Assembly (NCBI GenBank): GCA_047936785.1
Contig: CP176394.1
Origin: Oscillospiraceae bacterium LBM23126
GTDB taxonomy: Bacteria; Bacillota; Clostridia; Oscillospirales; Butyricicoccaceae
Reading direction: 5' to 3' (one strand)
Length of the DNA stretch: 64,000 bases
Position 1 is the stretch's first letter. Each line of letters opens with the position of its first letter. The position numbers were made by a program, and so were the translations under genes. Positions 56,248 to 64,000 of this stretch are shown here, one piece after another. The notes below the pieces were generated by a model. It did no database searches. It had not been told where the DNA came from and worked only from the letters and a program-made list of their open reading frames with translations.

Positions 56248-56718
56248 ATGTTAGAAGCAAAACTTGCAATCACACAGATCACCCTGAGCGAATCGCTTGT
56301 GGTGGCGCTGCTGGGCATTGTGGTGGTGCTGGCGGTGCTGGCGCTGCTGGCGATCTTGATCTTGCTGCTGTCGAAAGTGATCCAGATGTCGAACGCTTCC
56401 AAAGCGGCAAAAGCCCCTGCGCCTGCGGCGATGCCCGCCCCCGCGGCGGCCCCCGTTCCCGCGGCGATGCCTGCCCCCATGGCGGCCGCTGCCCCCGCTG
56501 TGATGCCTGCGCCTTCGGCCCCGGTGATGGCGGCTACTGTCAGCGTGCAGGCCGTTCTGCCTCAGACGGAATCGAGAGGCGAATGCGATTTTTACCATGT
56601 GGATGATAAAACCGCCGCGATGCTGATGGCGATTGTGGCCGATCAGCTGGGCGCGCCGCTGAACACCCTGCGCTTTAAATCGATCAAAGAACTGGATGAA
56701 TCTGTGGGAGGAAAATAA
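56248..56718 (+). CDS. oadG: sodium pump decarboxylase gamma subunit (OadG-like) with Ala/Pro-rich linker
   Basis: N-terminal single TM helix of OadG family; [17 protein letters not shown] low-complexity region. Confidence 0.7.
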   Translation: MLEAKLAITQITLSESLVVALLGIVVVLAVLALLAILILLLSKVIQMSNASKAAKAPAPAAMPAPAAAPVPAAMPAPMAAAAPAVMPAPSAPVMAATVSVQAVLPQTESRGECDFYHVDDKTAAMLMAIVADQLGAPLNTLRFKSIKELDESVGGK

Positions 56719-56720
56719 AA

Positions 56721-57158
56721 ATGAAATATGTTGTTACTTTAAACGGCAAGAATTATGAAGTGGATGTCGAAAAGGGACAGGCGATCTTAGCTTCTGTCAC
56801 CGATGCCCCCGTTGCGGCTCCCGCGCCTGTTGCAGCCCCCGCACCTGTTGCAGCCCCCGCGCCTGTTGCGGCTCCTGCGCCTGTTGCAGCCCCCGCACCT
56901 GTTGCGGCTCCTGCGCCTGTTGCGGCTCCCGCGCCTGTTGCCGGCGGCACCAAGGTGGAAGCGCCTATGCCCGGAACGGTTGTTGAAGTGAAAGTAGCGG
57001 TAGGCCAGGCCGTGAAAGAAGGCGATGTGCTGAGCATCATCGAAGCCATGAAAATGGAAAATGAAATTACCGCCCCCTGCGATGGAACCATCGCACAGGT
57101 GGCAACAGAAAAAGGCAGACAACTCAACACAGGTGATCTTCTCTTCGTGATTGCGTAA
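56721..57158 (+). CDS. biotin carboxyl carrier protein (biotinyl domain) with (APAPVA)7 linker
   Basis: EAMKMENEI biotinylation motif; seven perfect APAPVA repeats. Confidence 0.85.
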   Translation: MKYVVTLNGKNYEVDVEKGQAILASVTDAPVAAPAPVAAPAPVAAPAPVAAPAPVAAPAPVAAPAPVAAPAPVAGGTKVEAPMPGTVVEVKVAVGQAVKEGDVLSIIEAMKMENEITAPCDGTIAQVATEKGRQLNTGDLLFVIA

Positions 57159-57172
57159 GGGAGGGCCGACAA

Positions 57173-58342
57173 ATGAATATGCTCGAAACTCTGAAGGGCT
57201 TGGTAATGGATTCCGGGTTTGCGGCGCTGACGGTTCAGCAGGCCATTATGATCGTGGTAGCCTGTGTGCTGCTGTATCTGGCCATTGTGAAGAAATTTGA
57301 ACCGCTGCTGCTGCTTCCCATTGCGTTTGGCATGTTGATGGTGAACCTGCCCCTGGGCGGGCTGATGAGCCCGCCGCCCGATGGCGAACCGTTTACAAAA
57401 GCCGGGCTGTTTTATATTTTCAGCCAAGGCGTAAAAAGCAGTATTTTCCCCTGCCTGGTGTTCCTGGCGGTGGGCGCCATGACCGATTTCGGCCCCTTGC
57501 TTTCAAACCCCGCCAGCTTGCTTTTGGGCGCTGCGGCCCAGCTTGGCATCTATGTGGCGTTTGTTTTGGCGATCGCCATGGGCTATGTGTTTCCCGGTAT
57601 TCAGTTCACGCCGCAGCAGGCGGCTTCCATCGCGATCATCGGCGGCGCGGATGGGCCGACGGCCATCTTCCTGACCACCAAACTGGCCAGCGAACTGCTG
57701 GCGCCTATTGCAGTGGCCGCTTATTCCTATATGGCGCTCATCCCGCTGATCCAGCCGCCCATCATGCGCCTTTTGACAACAGAAAAAGAGCGCAAAGTGA
57801 AAATGACCCAGGGCCGCGTGGTTTCTCAAAAAGAGAAGATTATTTTCCCCATCGCGGTGACCATCATCGTTGGCATGATGCTGCCTTCCGTAGTGCCGCT
57901 GCTCGGCATGCTGATGCTTGGCAACCTGCTGCGTGAATGCGGCGTGACCGAGCGCCTTTCCGATACGGCGCAGAATGCGCTTTGCAACATCGTCACGATT
58001 TTGCTGGGCACTTCTGTGGGCGCCAGCGCCGACGGCGCCATTTTCTTAAAGCCGCAGACCTTAATGATCATCTTTTTAGGGCTCACGGCGTTTGCCTTCT
58101 CCACCGCGGGCGGTGTGCTTTTCGGCAAACTGCTCTGCAAGATCACAAAAGGCAAGATCAACCCGCTGATCGGCGCGGCCGGTGTTTCGGCGGTGCCCAT
58201 GGCGGCGCGTGTTGCCAATGTGGAAGGCCAAAAATACAATAGATCCAACTATCTGCTGATGTATGCCATGGGGCCCAATGTGGCCGGCGTCATCGGCTCC
58301 GCGGTGGCGGCGGGCTTCCTGTTGAAGCTTTTCGGCGCTTAA
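57173..58342 (+). CDS. oadB: Na+-translocating decarboxylase beta subunit (OadB/GcdB/MmdB family)
   Basis: 389 aa polytopic membrane protein with conserved OadB N-terminal pattern. Confidence 0.85.
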   Translation: MNMLETLKGLVMDSGFAALTVQQAIMIVVACVLLYLAIVKKFEPLLLLPIAFGMLMVNLPLGGLMSPPPDGEPFTKAGLFYIFSQGVKSSIFPCLVFLAVGAMTDFGPLLSNPASLLLGAAAQLGIYVAFVLAIAMGYVFPGIQFTPQQAASIAIIGGADGPTAIFLTTKLASELLAPIAVAAYSYMALIPLIQPPIMRLLTTEKERKVKMTQGRVVSQKEKIIFPIAVTIIVGMMLPSVVPLLGMLMLGNLLRECGVTERLSDTAQNALCNIVTILLGTSVGASADGAIFLKPQTLMIIFLGLTAFAFSTAGGVLFGKLLCKITKGKINPLIGAAGVSAVPMAARVANVEGQKYNRSNYLLMYAMGPNVAGVIGSAVAAGFLLKLFGA

Positions 58343-58360
58343 ACCGCAGGAAAAGGACAT

Positions 58361-58398
58361 AAAAAAGGCTGTATTTCGTTTGAAATACAGCCTTTTTC
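58361..58398. terminator. bidirectional intrinsic terminator
   Basis: aaaaggctgtatttc-gttt-gaaatacagcctttt perfect 15-bp stem flanked by A-run/T-run. Confidence 0.8.
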
Positions 58399-58513
58399 TA
58401 TGGGGAAAAGCGTTTGTTTGAAAGCAAAAGAAAAGCGGTAAACGGGCAGAAGCGGCTTTGGGAAAAACGGGGAAGCGTTTATCCAACTTCCGGCTTTGCC
58501 ATAAGCAGCAACA

Positions 58514-59413
58514 TCACGCGTTCGGCAGCGATCGCCAGAAAGCTTCCATTTCGGGGCGCATGGCGCTTTGAAAACAGAGCGTTTCACCGCTGAGCGGGTG
58601 GAGCAGAGAGAGCGAGGCCGAATGGAGGGCATGGCCCGAAAGGGCGGCCAGCTCATTGCCATAAAGAAAATCACCCGCCACGGGGCAGCCGACGGATGCC
58701 ATATGCACACGGATCTGGTGGGTGCGGCCGGTTTCCAGCCAAAGGCGCAAAAGGCTGAAGCCCGCGCGGGTTTCCAGGGTTTCATAATGGGTCACGGCGG
58801 GCGCGCCATGCTCATCCACCACGCGCTTGAGCGTTTTGGGCAGGTCTAAGATCGGCTTTGAGATGCATCCCGAGGGCGGCAGAGGGCGACCCTGGCAGAT
58901 GGCCAGATATTCCCGATGGAGCTGCCCGGTTTTCAGCTGTTCGATCAGCCGCGTTTGAATATATCCGCTTTTGGCAACGGCCATCAGCCCCGAAGTATTG
59001 CGATCTAAGCGGTTGACGGCGCGAAACACAAAGGGCTCGCCGCGGCGCTGCATCTCAAAAGCCACAAAGTTTGCCAGGCTGTCGGTGAAATGGCCCTGCG
59101 AAGGATGAACGGCCACGCCGCAGGGCTTTTCGAGGATCAAAAGCGCTTCGTCTTCATAAACGATGGTCAGCGGCCCTTCCACCGGCAGAATGTTGGAAGA
59201 AACCTCTTCCGGCGGAAGCAGGCAGGTGATGCGCTGCCCCGCGCGCACGGGCTGGTTGGCAAAGGCGCGTTCGCCATCGAGCAAAATGCCGTCGGGCAAA
59301 AGCTTCAGCTGCCGCAGCAGGGCTGTGGAAAAACCGAAGCGGTGTTTTAAAACAGTTGCGATGCGCTGGCCTTCTTCGGCCTGTTCCGCGCGGTGAGAAA
59401 AAGAAAGACGCAT
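58514..59413 (-). CDS. RluA family pseudouridine synthase
   Basis: HRLDRNTSGLMAVAK catalytic Asp motif; start at MRLSFSH with GGGGGGAA RBS. Confidence 0.85.
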   Translation of the reverse strand: MRLSFSHRAEQAEEGQRIATVLKHRFGFSTALLRQLKLLPDGILLDGERAFANQPVRAGQRITCLLPPEEVSSNILPVEGPLTIVYEDEALLILEKPCGVAVHPSQGHFTDSLANFVAFEMQRRGEPFVFRAVNRLDRNTSGLMAVAKSGYIQTRLIEQLKTGQLHREYLAICQGRPLPPSGCISKPILDLPKTLKRVVDEHGAPAVTHYETLETRAGFSLLRLWLETGRTHQIRVHMASVGCPVAGDFLYGNELAALSGHALHSASLSLLHPLSGETLCFQSAMRPEMEAFWRSLPNA

Positions 59414-59604
59414 AATTCCCCCCAAAAAAATAAAAAAATGGCAAAATCTATCGAAAAAGCATGATTAAGCGTATAAACGATCGATATGGAACAGCAAAAA
59501 GCTGTTTTTATTGTACTCCAAAGATCAGGTGTTTACAATAAATTTGCATTTTGCCTTTACAAGCTTCGGCGGGTATGATATGCTAACAGCACAAGTGAAA
59601 AGAC

Positions 59605-59768
59605 GGATAGAGGCGCGGAAATGAAGAGTAAGCGGGGGAGAAGGCATTTGATGATCCCGGCTGAAAGGTGTGACCGCCGAAACAGCAGGCCGGGCGCGGC
59701 GTGTGGTTGGGCTTGATGAAAAAATCGTCAAGACTCCTGCTTAGATGAGCAGAGGCGCTATTGATGAA
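59605..59768 (+). promoter_or_regulatory. lysine riboswitch (L-box) aptamer
   Basis: GATAGAGGCGCG...AAGAGTA...GGCTGAAAGG...CGCCGAA...TTGATGAAAAAATCGTCAAGA...AGAGGCGCTATTG conserved L-box segments in the same order as B. subtilis lysC leader. Confidence 0.7.
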
Positions 59769-59783
59769 AAGCTGTTAAACCAT

Positions 59784-59817
59784 GAAGGGCTGCATCGATA
59801 GATGCAGTCTTTTTTTA
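59784..59817 (+). terminator. riboswitch expression-platform intrinsic terminator
   Basis: gggctgcatc-gata-gatgcagtc followed by ttttttt, 47 nt before permease start. Confidence 0.75.
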
Positions 59818-59863
59818 GCTTGCGGCTGAGAGGCCGACCAATGAATTTGAGGAGGAATCACAA

Positions 59864-61228
59864 ATGAGCGGCAAAAAAACCACGACGCCGGCGCAGGGTG
59901 GCTTTAAAAAAGAGATCGGCCTGTTCAGCGGCGTCAGCATCATCGGCGGAATCATGATCGGTTCCGGCATTTTCTATCTGGGCTCTTATGTGCTGCAGCG
60001 CAGCGATATGAGCATGGGGCTTGCCCTTTTGGTATGGATCATCGGCGGCCTTGTTTCGCTGCTGGGCGGGCTTTGCTTTGCCGAGCTGGGCGCGGCCATG
60101 CCCAAGGCGGGCGGAACCTATGTTTACCTCAGCGAAGCTTATCACCCCGCGGTGGGCTTTATGAGCGGCTTTTCCAGCTGGCTGCTGGGCGGCGCGGGCT
60201 CTATCGCGGCCATCGCCATCGCTTTGCCCAAAGTGTTCACCAGCATTGTTCCCATGAGCGATATGACGGTGAAGCTGATCGCCATTGCGCTGATCCTTGT
60301 GCTGACGGCGGTGAACTATGTGGGCGTCAAGGCCGGCACAGTGGTTTCGAATATTTTCATGGTGGCGAAGATCGCCCCGATTTTCCTCATCATGATCCTG
60401 GGCATCGTGGCGGGCAAACAAAGCCCCAATCTCAGCATCATGCCCACTTCCAACCCCTCTTTCGGCGCGCTGATCGGCATGATCGCTTTCGCAACGGTGG
60501 CTTCTCTGTGGGCCTATGAAGGCTGGACAAACCTGAACACCGTGGCAGAAGAGATCAAAAACCCCAAAAAGAATCTGCCCCGCGCCATCATCATCGCCAT
60601 CGTGGGCTGCACGCTGCTTTATACCTTGTTCAACCTTGCCATTTACCGCGTGATCCCCTTCGATCAGATCTCTTCGATGATCGCTTCAGACAACCTTTAT
60701 CTGGGCACCGAAGCGGCGAAAAGCGTGATGGGCAATTTTGGCCAGATCGTGGTCATCATCGCCATGGCAACCGCGATCTTCGGCTCGCTCAACGGCTGCA
60801 TTCTGGTGTTCCCGCGCCAATATTACGCCATGGCCAAGGATGGATATTTCTTTAAATCCTTTGCGAAGCTCCACCCCAAATACGGCACCCCCACCACTTC
60901 GATCCTGGTGCAGGCCGTGATCTCCATCGTTCTGGTGATGATGCGCGATCTGAACCAGCTGACGAACCTCGTCATTTTCTCCAGCATGTTCTTCAATGTG
61001 CTGACCATCGGCGCGGTGTTTATTTTCCGCAAAAAATTCCCCAACATGGAACGCCCTTATAAAGCGTGGGGTTACCCCGTGACCATCGTCATCACGCTGC
61101 TGATCTTCATCGGCCTGATGGTCAACACCCTGATGGAAGATCCCATCACAGCGCTGATCGGCATGAGCGTGCCGGCAGTGGGGCTGCTCTGCTACGGCTT
61201 CTTTAAGAAAAAGAATCAGAAAGCGTAA
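59864..61228 (+). CDS. APC family amino acid permease (candidate lysine transporter)
   Basis: 12-TM APC fold, GSGIFYLGSYVL motif; AGGAGG RBS; preceded by lysine riboswitch. Confidence 0.85.
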   Translation: MSGKKTTTPAQGGFKKEIGLFSGVSIIGGIMIGSGIFYLGSYVLQRSDMSMGLALLVWIIGGLVSLLGGLCFAELGAAMPKAGGTYVYLSEAYHPAVGFMSGFSSWLLGGAGSIAAIAIALPKVFTSIVPMSDMTVKLIAIALILVLTAVNYVGVKAGTVVSNIFMVAKIAPIFLIMILGIVAGKQSPNLSIMPTSNPSFGALIGMIAFATVASLWAYEGWTNLNTVAEEIKNPKKNLPRAIIIAIVGCTLLYTLFNLAIYRVIPFDQISSMIASDNLYLGTEAAKSVMGNFGQIVVIIAMATAIFGSLNGCILVFPRQYYAMAKDGYFFKSFAKLHPKYGTPTTSILVQAVISIVLVMMRDLNQLTNLVIFSSMFFNVLTIGAVFIFRKKFPNMERPYKAWGYPVTIVITLLIFIGLMVNTLMEDPITALIGMSVPAVGLLCYGFFKKKNQKA

Positions 61229-61238
61229 GGTTAACGAT

Positions 61239-62846
61239 ATGAAAACGGTTTTGATCAAAAATGCGAAAATTTATCAGGGAAAAGAACAGTTTGCTCAGGC
61301 GGCGCTGATCGAAAACGAGATCATCCGCGCCGTGGGCACCGATGAAGAGATGCAGAAGCTTGCCCCACAGCAGGCCGAGGTGATCGATGCCGGCGGCAAA
61401 ACGATTTTGCCGGGCTTTAACGATTCGCACCAGCATCTGATGCATGTGGGCAAAAACCTGCTGACGGTCAACCTGTATTCCTGCAAAAGCGTGGAAGAGA
61501 TGCTGGAAGCCGGGCGGGCTTTTCTGGCTTCCCATGCGCTGGCGGAAGGCGAAGCGCTGGCGGGCTGGGGCTGGAACCAGGATTATTTTGAAGACCGCCG
61601 CCTGCCCGACCGCCGCGATCTCGATAAGGTCGCCGCCGACCGGCCCGTGATCTTCACCCGCGCCTGCGGCCATATTCTGGTCTGCAACACTTATGCGCTG
61701 CAAGCCGCCCATGTGTGGGAAGCCCTTCCGCAGGTGGAAGGCGGATGCTTCGATTTGGGTGAAGACGGCTATCCGAACGGCGTTGTCAGAGAAAACGCCA
61801 AAGGGCATATCTATGCCATCATGCCCGAACCCGATCAGGCCAAGCTTGAAGAGCTGATCGCTTCCGCCATGGCCTATGCTTCTTCAAAGGGCATCACTTC
61901 GGTGCAGACCAATGATGTGAGCGGCGAAGATTTTGAAGAAGTGCTGAATGCCTATGGCCATCTGGCCGAAAGCGGCAAAAGCACGGTGCGCGTTTATATG
62001 CAGAGCTGCCTGATGGAACCGCAGCTGCTGAAGAATTATCTGGCCGCCGGCCACAACACGGGCCGCGGCAGCGATATGCTGAAAACAGGGCCCCTCAAAC
62101 TGTTTGTGGATGGTTCGCTGGGCGCCCGCACAGCGCTGATGCGCCGGGGATATCACGACGCGCCGGGCACAAAGGGCATCGCCACTTTAACGCAGGATCA
62201 ACTGAACGCACTGGTGCAGCTGGCCGATGAAAACGGGATGCAGGTGGCGGTTCACGCCATCGGAGACAAAGCCATCGAAATGGTGCTGGATGCTTATGCC
62301 ACGGTGATCTGTGACGGGAAAAACCCCCACAGACACGGCATCGTGCATTGCCAGATCACCGATGAAGCGCTGCTGAAGCGTTTTGCCGAAATGGATATCC
62401 ACGCGCTGGTGCAGCCGATCTTTTTGCATTATGATATGCATATCTGCGAAGACCGCGTGGGGCCGGAGCTGACGAAAACCTCCTATGCCTTCCATACCAT
62501 GGATCAGCTGGGGCTGCATGTTTCCTATGGCACCGATTCCCCCGTGGAAGATATGGATCCCATCGCCAACATCCATTGCGCCGTGACCCGCCGCGATTTG
62601 AAACAGCAGCCCAAAGAGGGCTTCGTTCCCGAAGAAAAGGTGGATATCTGGCAGGCCATCGAGCATTATACCCAAGCGGGCGCTTACAATTCTTTTGAAG
62701 AACAGAAGAAGGGCTGCCTGCAGCCGGGTTATCTGGCCGATCTTGTAATGCTGGATCAGGATATTTTCCATGTTCCCGAAGAAGAGATTCTGAAAACAAA
62801 AGTGCTGATGACCATGATGGGCGGAAACATCGTTTATCGGGCCTGA
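61239..62846 (+). CDS. amidohydrolase family 3 metal-dependent hydrolase
   Basis: GFNDSHQHLMHVG metal-binding HxH motif, 535 aa. Confidence 0.8.
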   Translation: MKTVLIKNAKIYQGKEQFAQAALIENEIIRAVGTDEEMQKLAPQQAEVIDAGGKTILPGFNDSHQHLMHVGKNLLTVNLYSCKSVEEMLEAGRAFLASHALAEGEALAGWGWNQDYFEDRRLPDRRDLDKVAADRPVIFTRACGHILVCNTYALQAAHVWEALPQVEGGCFDLGEDGYPNGVVRENAKGHIYAIMPEPDQAKLEELIASAMAYASSKGITSVQTNDVSGEDFEEVLNAYGHLAESGKSTVRVYMQSCLMEPQLLKNYLAAGHNTGRGSDMLKTGPLKLFVDGSLGARTALMRRGYHDAPGTKGIATLTQDQLNALVQLADENGMQVAVHAIGDKAIEMVLDAYATVICDGKNPHRHGIVHCQITDEALLKRFAEMDIHALVQPIFLHYDMHICEDRVGPELTKTSYAFHTMDQLGLHVSYGTDSPVEDMDPIANIHCAVTRRDLKQQPKEGFVPEEKVDIWQAIEHYTQAGAYNSFEEQKKGCLQPGYLADLVMLDQDIFHVPEEEILKTKVLMTMMGGNIVYRA

Positions 62847-63035
62847 AAGATCAGACGAACAGAGAAGAACAGAAGGGCGTCGGCGCTGAAAAAGCGGCGG
62901 CGCCCTCCTTTTTCGTCGCCCGGTGAAAAAGAAACGGGAATTATGGTTGTATCGCCCTTTTGTTTTTGATATAATCATACCGCGGCAGAAAAGAAACTTT
63001 TCTGCGCGAAACGGCGGAATCTATAGGAGCAATCA

Positions 63036-63377
63036 ATGAATATTCAAATTTTCGGCGCCAATAAATGTTTTGATACCAAAAAAGCGGAACGCTATTTCAA
63101 AGAGCGGCGCATCCGCTATCAGATGATCGATCTGCCGCGCTTCGGCATGAGCGAAGGCGAATATCGCAACATCAAACAGGCCGTGGGCGGGATGCAGGCG
63201 CTCATCAACGAAAAAAGCCGCGATTATGAAAGGCTGAACATCGCTTATCTGGCCTATGAAGTGGATGTGGAGCGGGCGCTGCTGGAAAACCCGGGGCTTT
63301 TTAAAACGCCCATCGTGCGCAACGGAAAAAAAGCCACCATCGGCTATCAGCCCGAAATTTGGGCCCAGTGGGAATAA
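63036..63377 (+). CDS. ArsC/Spx/YffB family thioredoxin-fold protein
   Basis: 113 aa, IQIFGANKCFDTKKAERYF N-terminal Cys motif. Confidence 0.7.
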   Translation: MNIQIFGANKCFDTKKAERYFKERRIRYQMIDLPRFGMSEGEYRNIKQAVGGMQALINEKSRDYERLNIAYLAYEVDVERALLENPGLFKTPIVRNGKKATIGYQPEIWAQWE

Positions 63378-63388
63378 CGGAGGAAACC

Positions 63389-63592
63389 ATGATCGACGAT
63401 ACCATCAAACGCATCAATGAACTGGCGGCAAAAGCCCGGCAGGAAGAGCTTTCGGAAGAAGAGATTGCCGAACGCGATCTGCTGCGGCGCATCTATATCG
63501 ACAGCGTGAAAAAGAATTTAAGAGATCAGCTGGAACACACCGTGATCGAAGATGAACAAGGCAACCGGAAACCCCTGAAACGAAAAAACTGA
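63389..63592 (+). CDS. DUF896 (UPF0291) family small protein
   Basis: Start at MIDDTIKRINELAAKARQEELSEEEIAERDLLRRIY with GGAGGAAA RBS; matches UPF0291 pattern. Confidence 0.65.
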   Translation: MIDDTIKRINELAAKARQEELSEEEIAERDLLRRIYIDSVKKNLRDQLEHTVIEDEQGNRKPLKRKN

Positions 63593-63609
63593 GCAGCAAG
63601 GGGGCAGCC

Positions 63610-64000
63610 ATGAAAACATATCTTGCCTTTTTTTTGCTGGCGGCGGGGGTGCTGCTGCTGGCGATGGCGTTTTTCTTAAGGCTTTATCGAAAAAAAAGCC
63701 TTGGCCGCTGCATAGAGCTGCCGGCCGAGGTTTGCGAAGTGGTGCGCCGCCACGGAAAAAACGGCCGCGCCATGTATCAGCCGGTGGTGAAATTCGAATA
63801 TAACGGCGAAACCAGGCGCATCGCGGCCGGCGCCTGCACAGGTTGGCAGCGTTTTCAAGAAAACGAACCGGTGGAGATCACCTATGACCCGCGCCGCGAA
63901 ACGGTGGTCGCCGGGGGCGGAAAAGGGCTGAGCCGCGCGGCAAAGCGGCTTTTTCTGGCGGGCGCTGTGTTTGTGGCCGCGGGGGCGGGCCTGCTGCTCA
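63610..64000 (+). CDS. DUF3592-like membrane protein (partial, runs off window end)
   Basis: N-terminal TM then beta-rich domain; open to end of window. Confidence 0.45.
   Translation, partial: MKTYLAFFLLAAGVLLLAMAFFLRLYRKKSLGRCIELPAEVCEVVRRHGKNGRAMYQPVVKFEYNGETRRIAAGACTGWQRFQENEPVEITYDPRRETVVAGGGKGLSRAAKRLFLAGAVFVAAGAGLLL

Noticed and set aside
1-64000. CRISPR arrays, tRNA/rRNA genes, transposases, integrases, phage genes
   Set aside because: No regularly spaced direct repeats with unique spacers. No GGTTCGAATCC-type tRNA T-arm motifs in the intergenic regions. No ORF with DDE or tyrosine-recombinase motifs. All tandem repeats found are in-frame intragenic.

Overview
This is a 64-kb high-GC (about 60%) chromosomal segment from a spore-forming Firmicute (Clostridia). 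It encodes SpoVT and many SLH-domain proteins, and overlapping gene junctions are common. I found no rRNA, tRNA, CRISPR array or transposase/integrase. The backbone is housekeeping, in this order:
- glycerate kinase and a Ca2+ P-type ATPase;
- a complete rimP-nusA-ylxR-ylxQ-infB-rbfA-nrnA-truB-ribF operon on the minus strand, continuing through overlaps into an M20 peptidase, a ComEC-type MBL hydrolase and DUF3006;
- a MacAB/HlyD-type tripartite ABC efflux set (MFP-ATPase-permease-SLH protein, all minus strand);
- flotillin/NfeD;
- DegV and a TetR regulator;
- a cutC-ROK kinase-nagA amino-sugar operon;
- M16 peptidase, pnp and rpsO;
- proBA and queT;
- Cof hydrolase, S41 protease and argS;
- a Na+-pumping oxaloacetate-type decarboxylase with a split alpha subunit (oadA carboxyltransferase-oadG-BCCP-oadB);
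- an RluA-family pseudouridine synthase, an APC-family amino-acid permease, an amidohydrolase and small DUF proteins.

The most notable non-standard observations are:
1. The L7Ae-like ylxQ gene carries a C-terminal extension of five near-identical 81-bp in-frame tandem repeats that encode a basic R/K/G/F/Y-rich 27-aa unit.
2. An unannotated lysine riboswitch with an intrinsic terminator sits ahead of the APC permease.
3. A lower-GC cell-surface island holds an SLH protein, a small secreted peptide, and an internalin-like LRR + Big + SLH giant protein.
4. A DUF1836/MerR-like gene is preceded by two tandem copies of a promoter-operator module that share a 21-bp palindromic motif.
5. A membrane-anchored phosphodiester glycosidase has a cytoplasmic tail built from 36-bp tandem repeats.
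6. A 790-aa cytoplasmic transglutaminase-like protein lies next to a TetR gene whose promoter contains a perfect 17-bp palindrome.

Many long antisense ORFs in the six-frame track are GC-driven shadows and were rejected.
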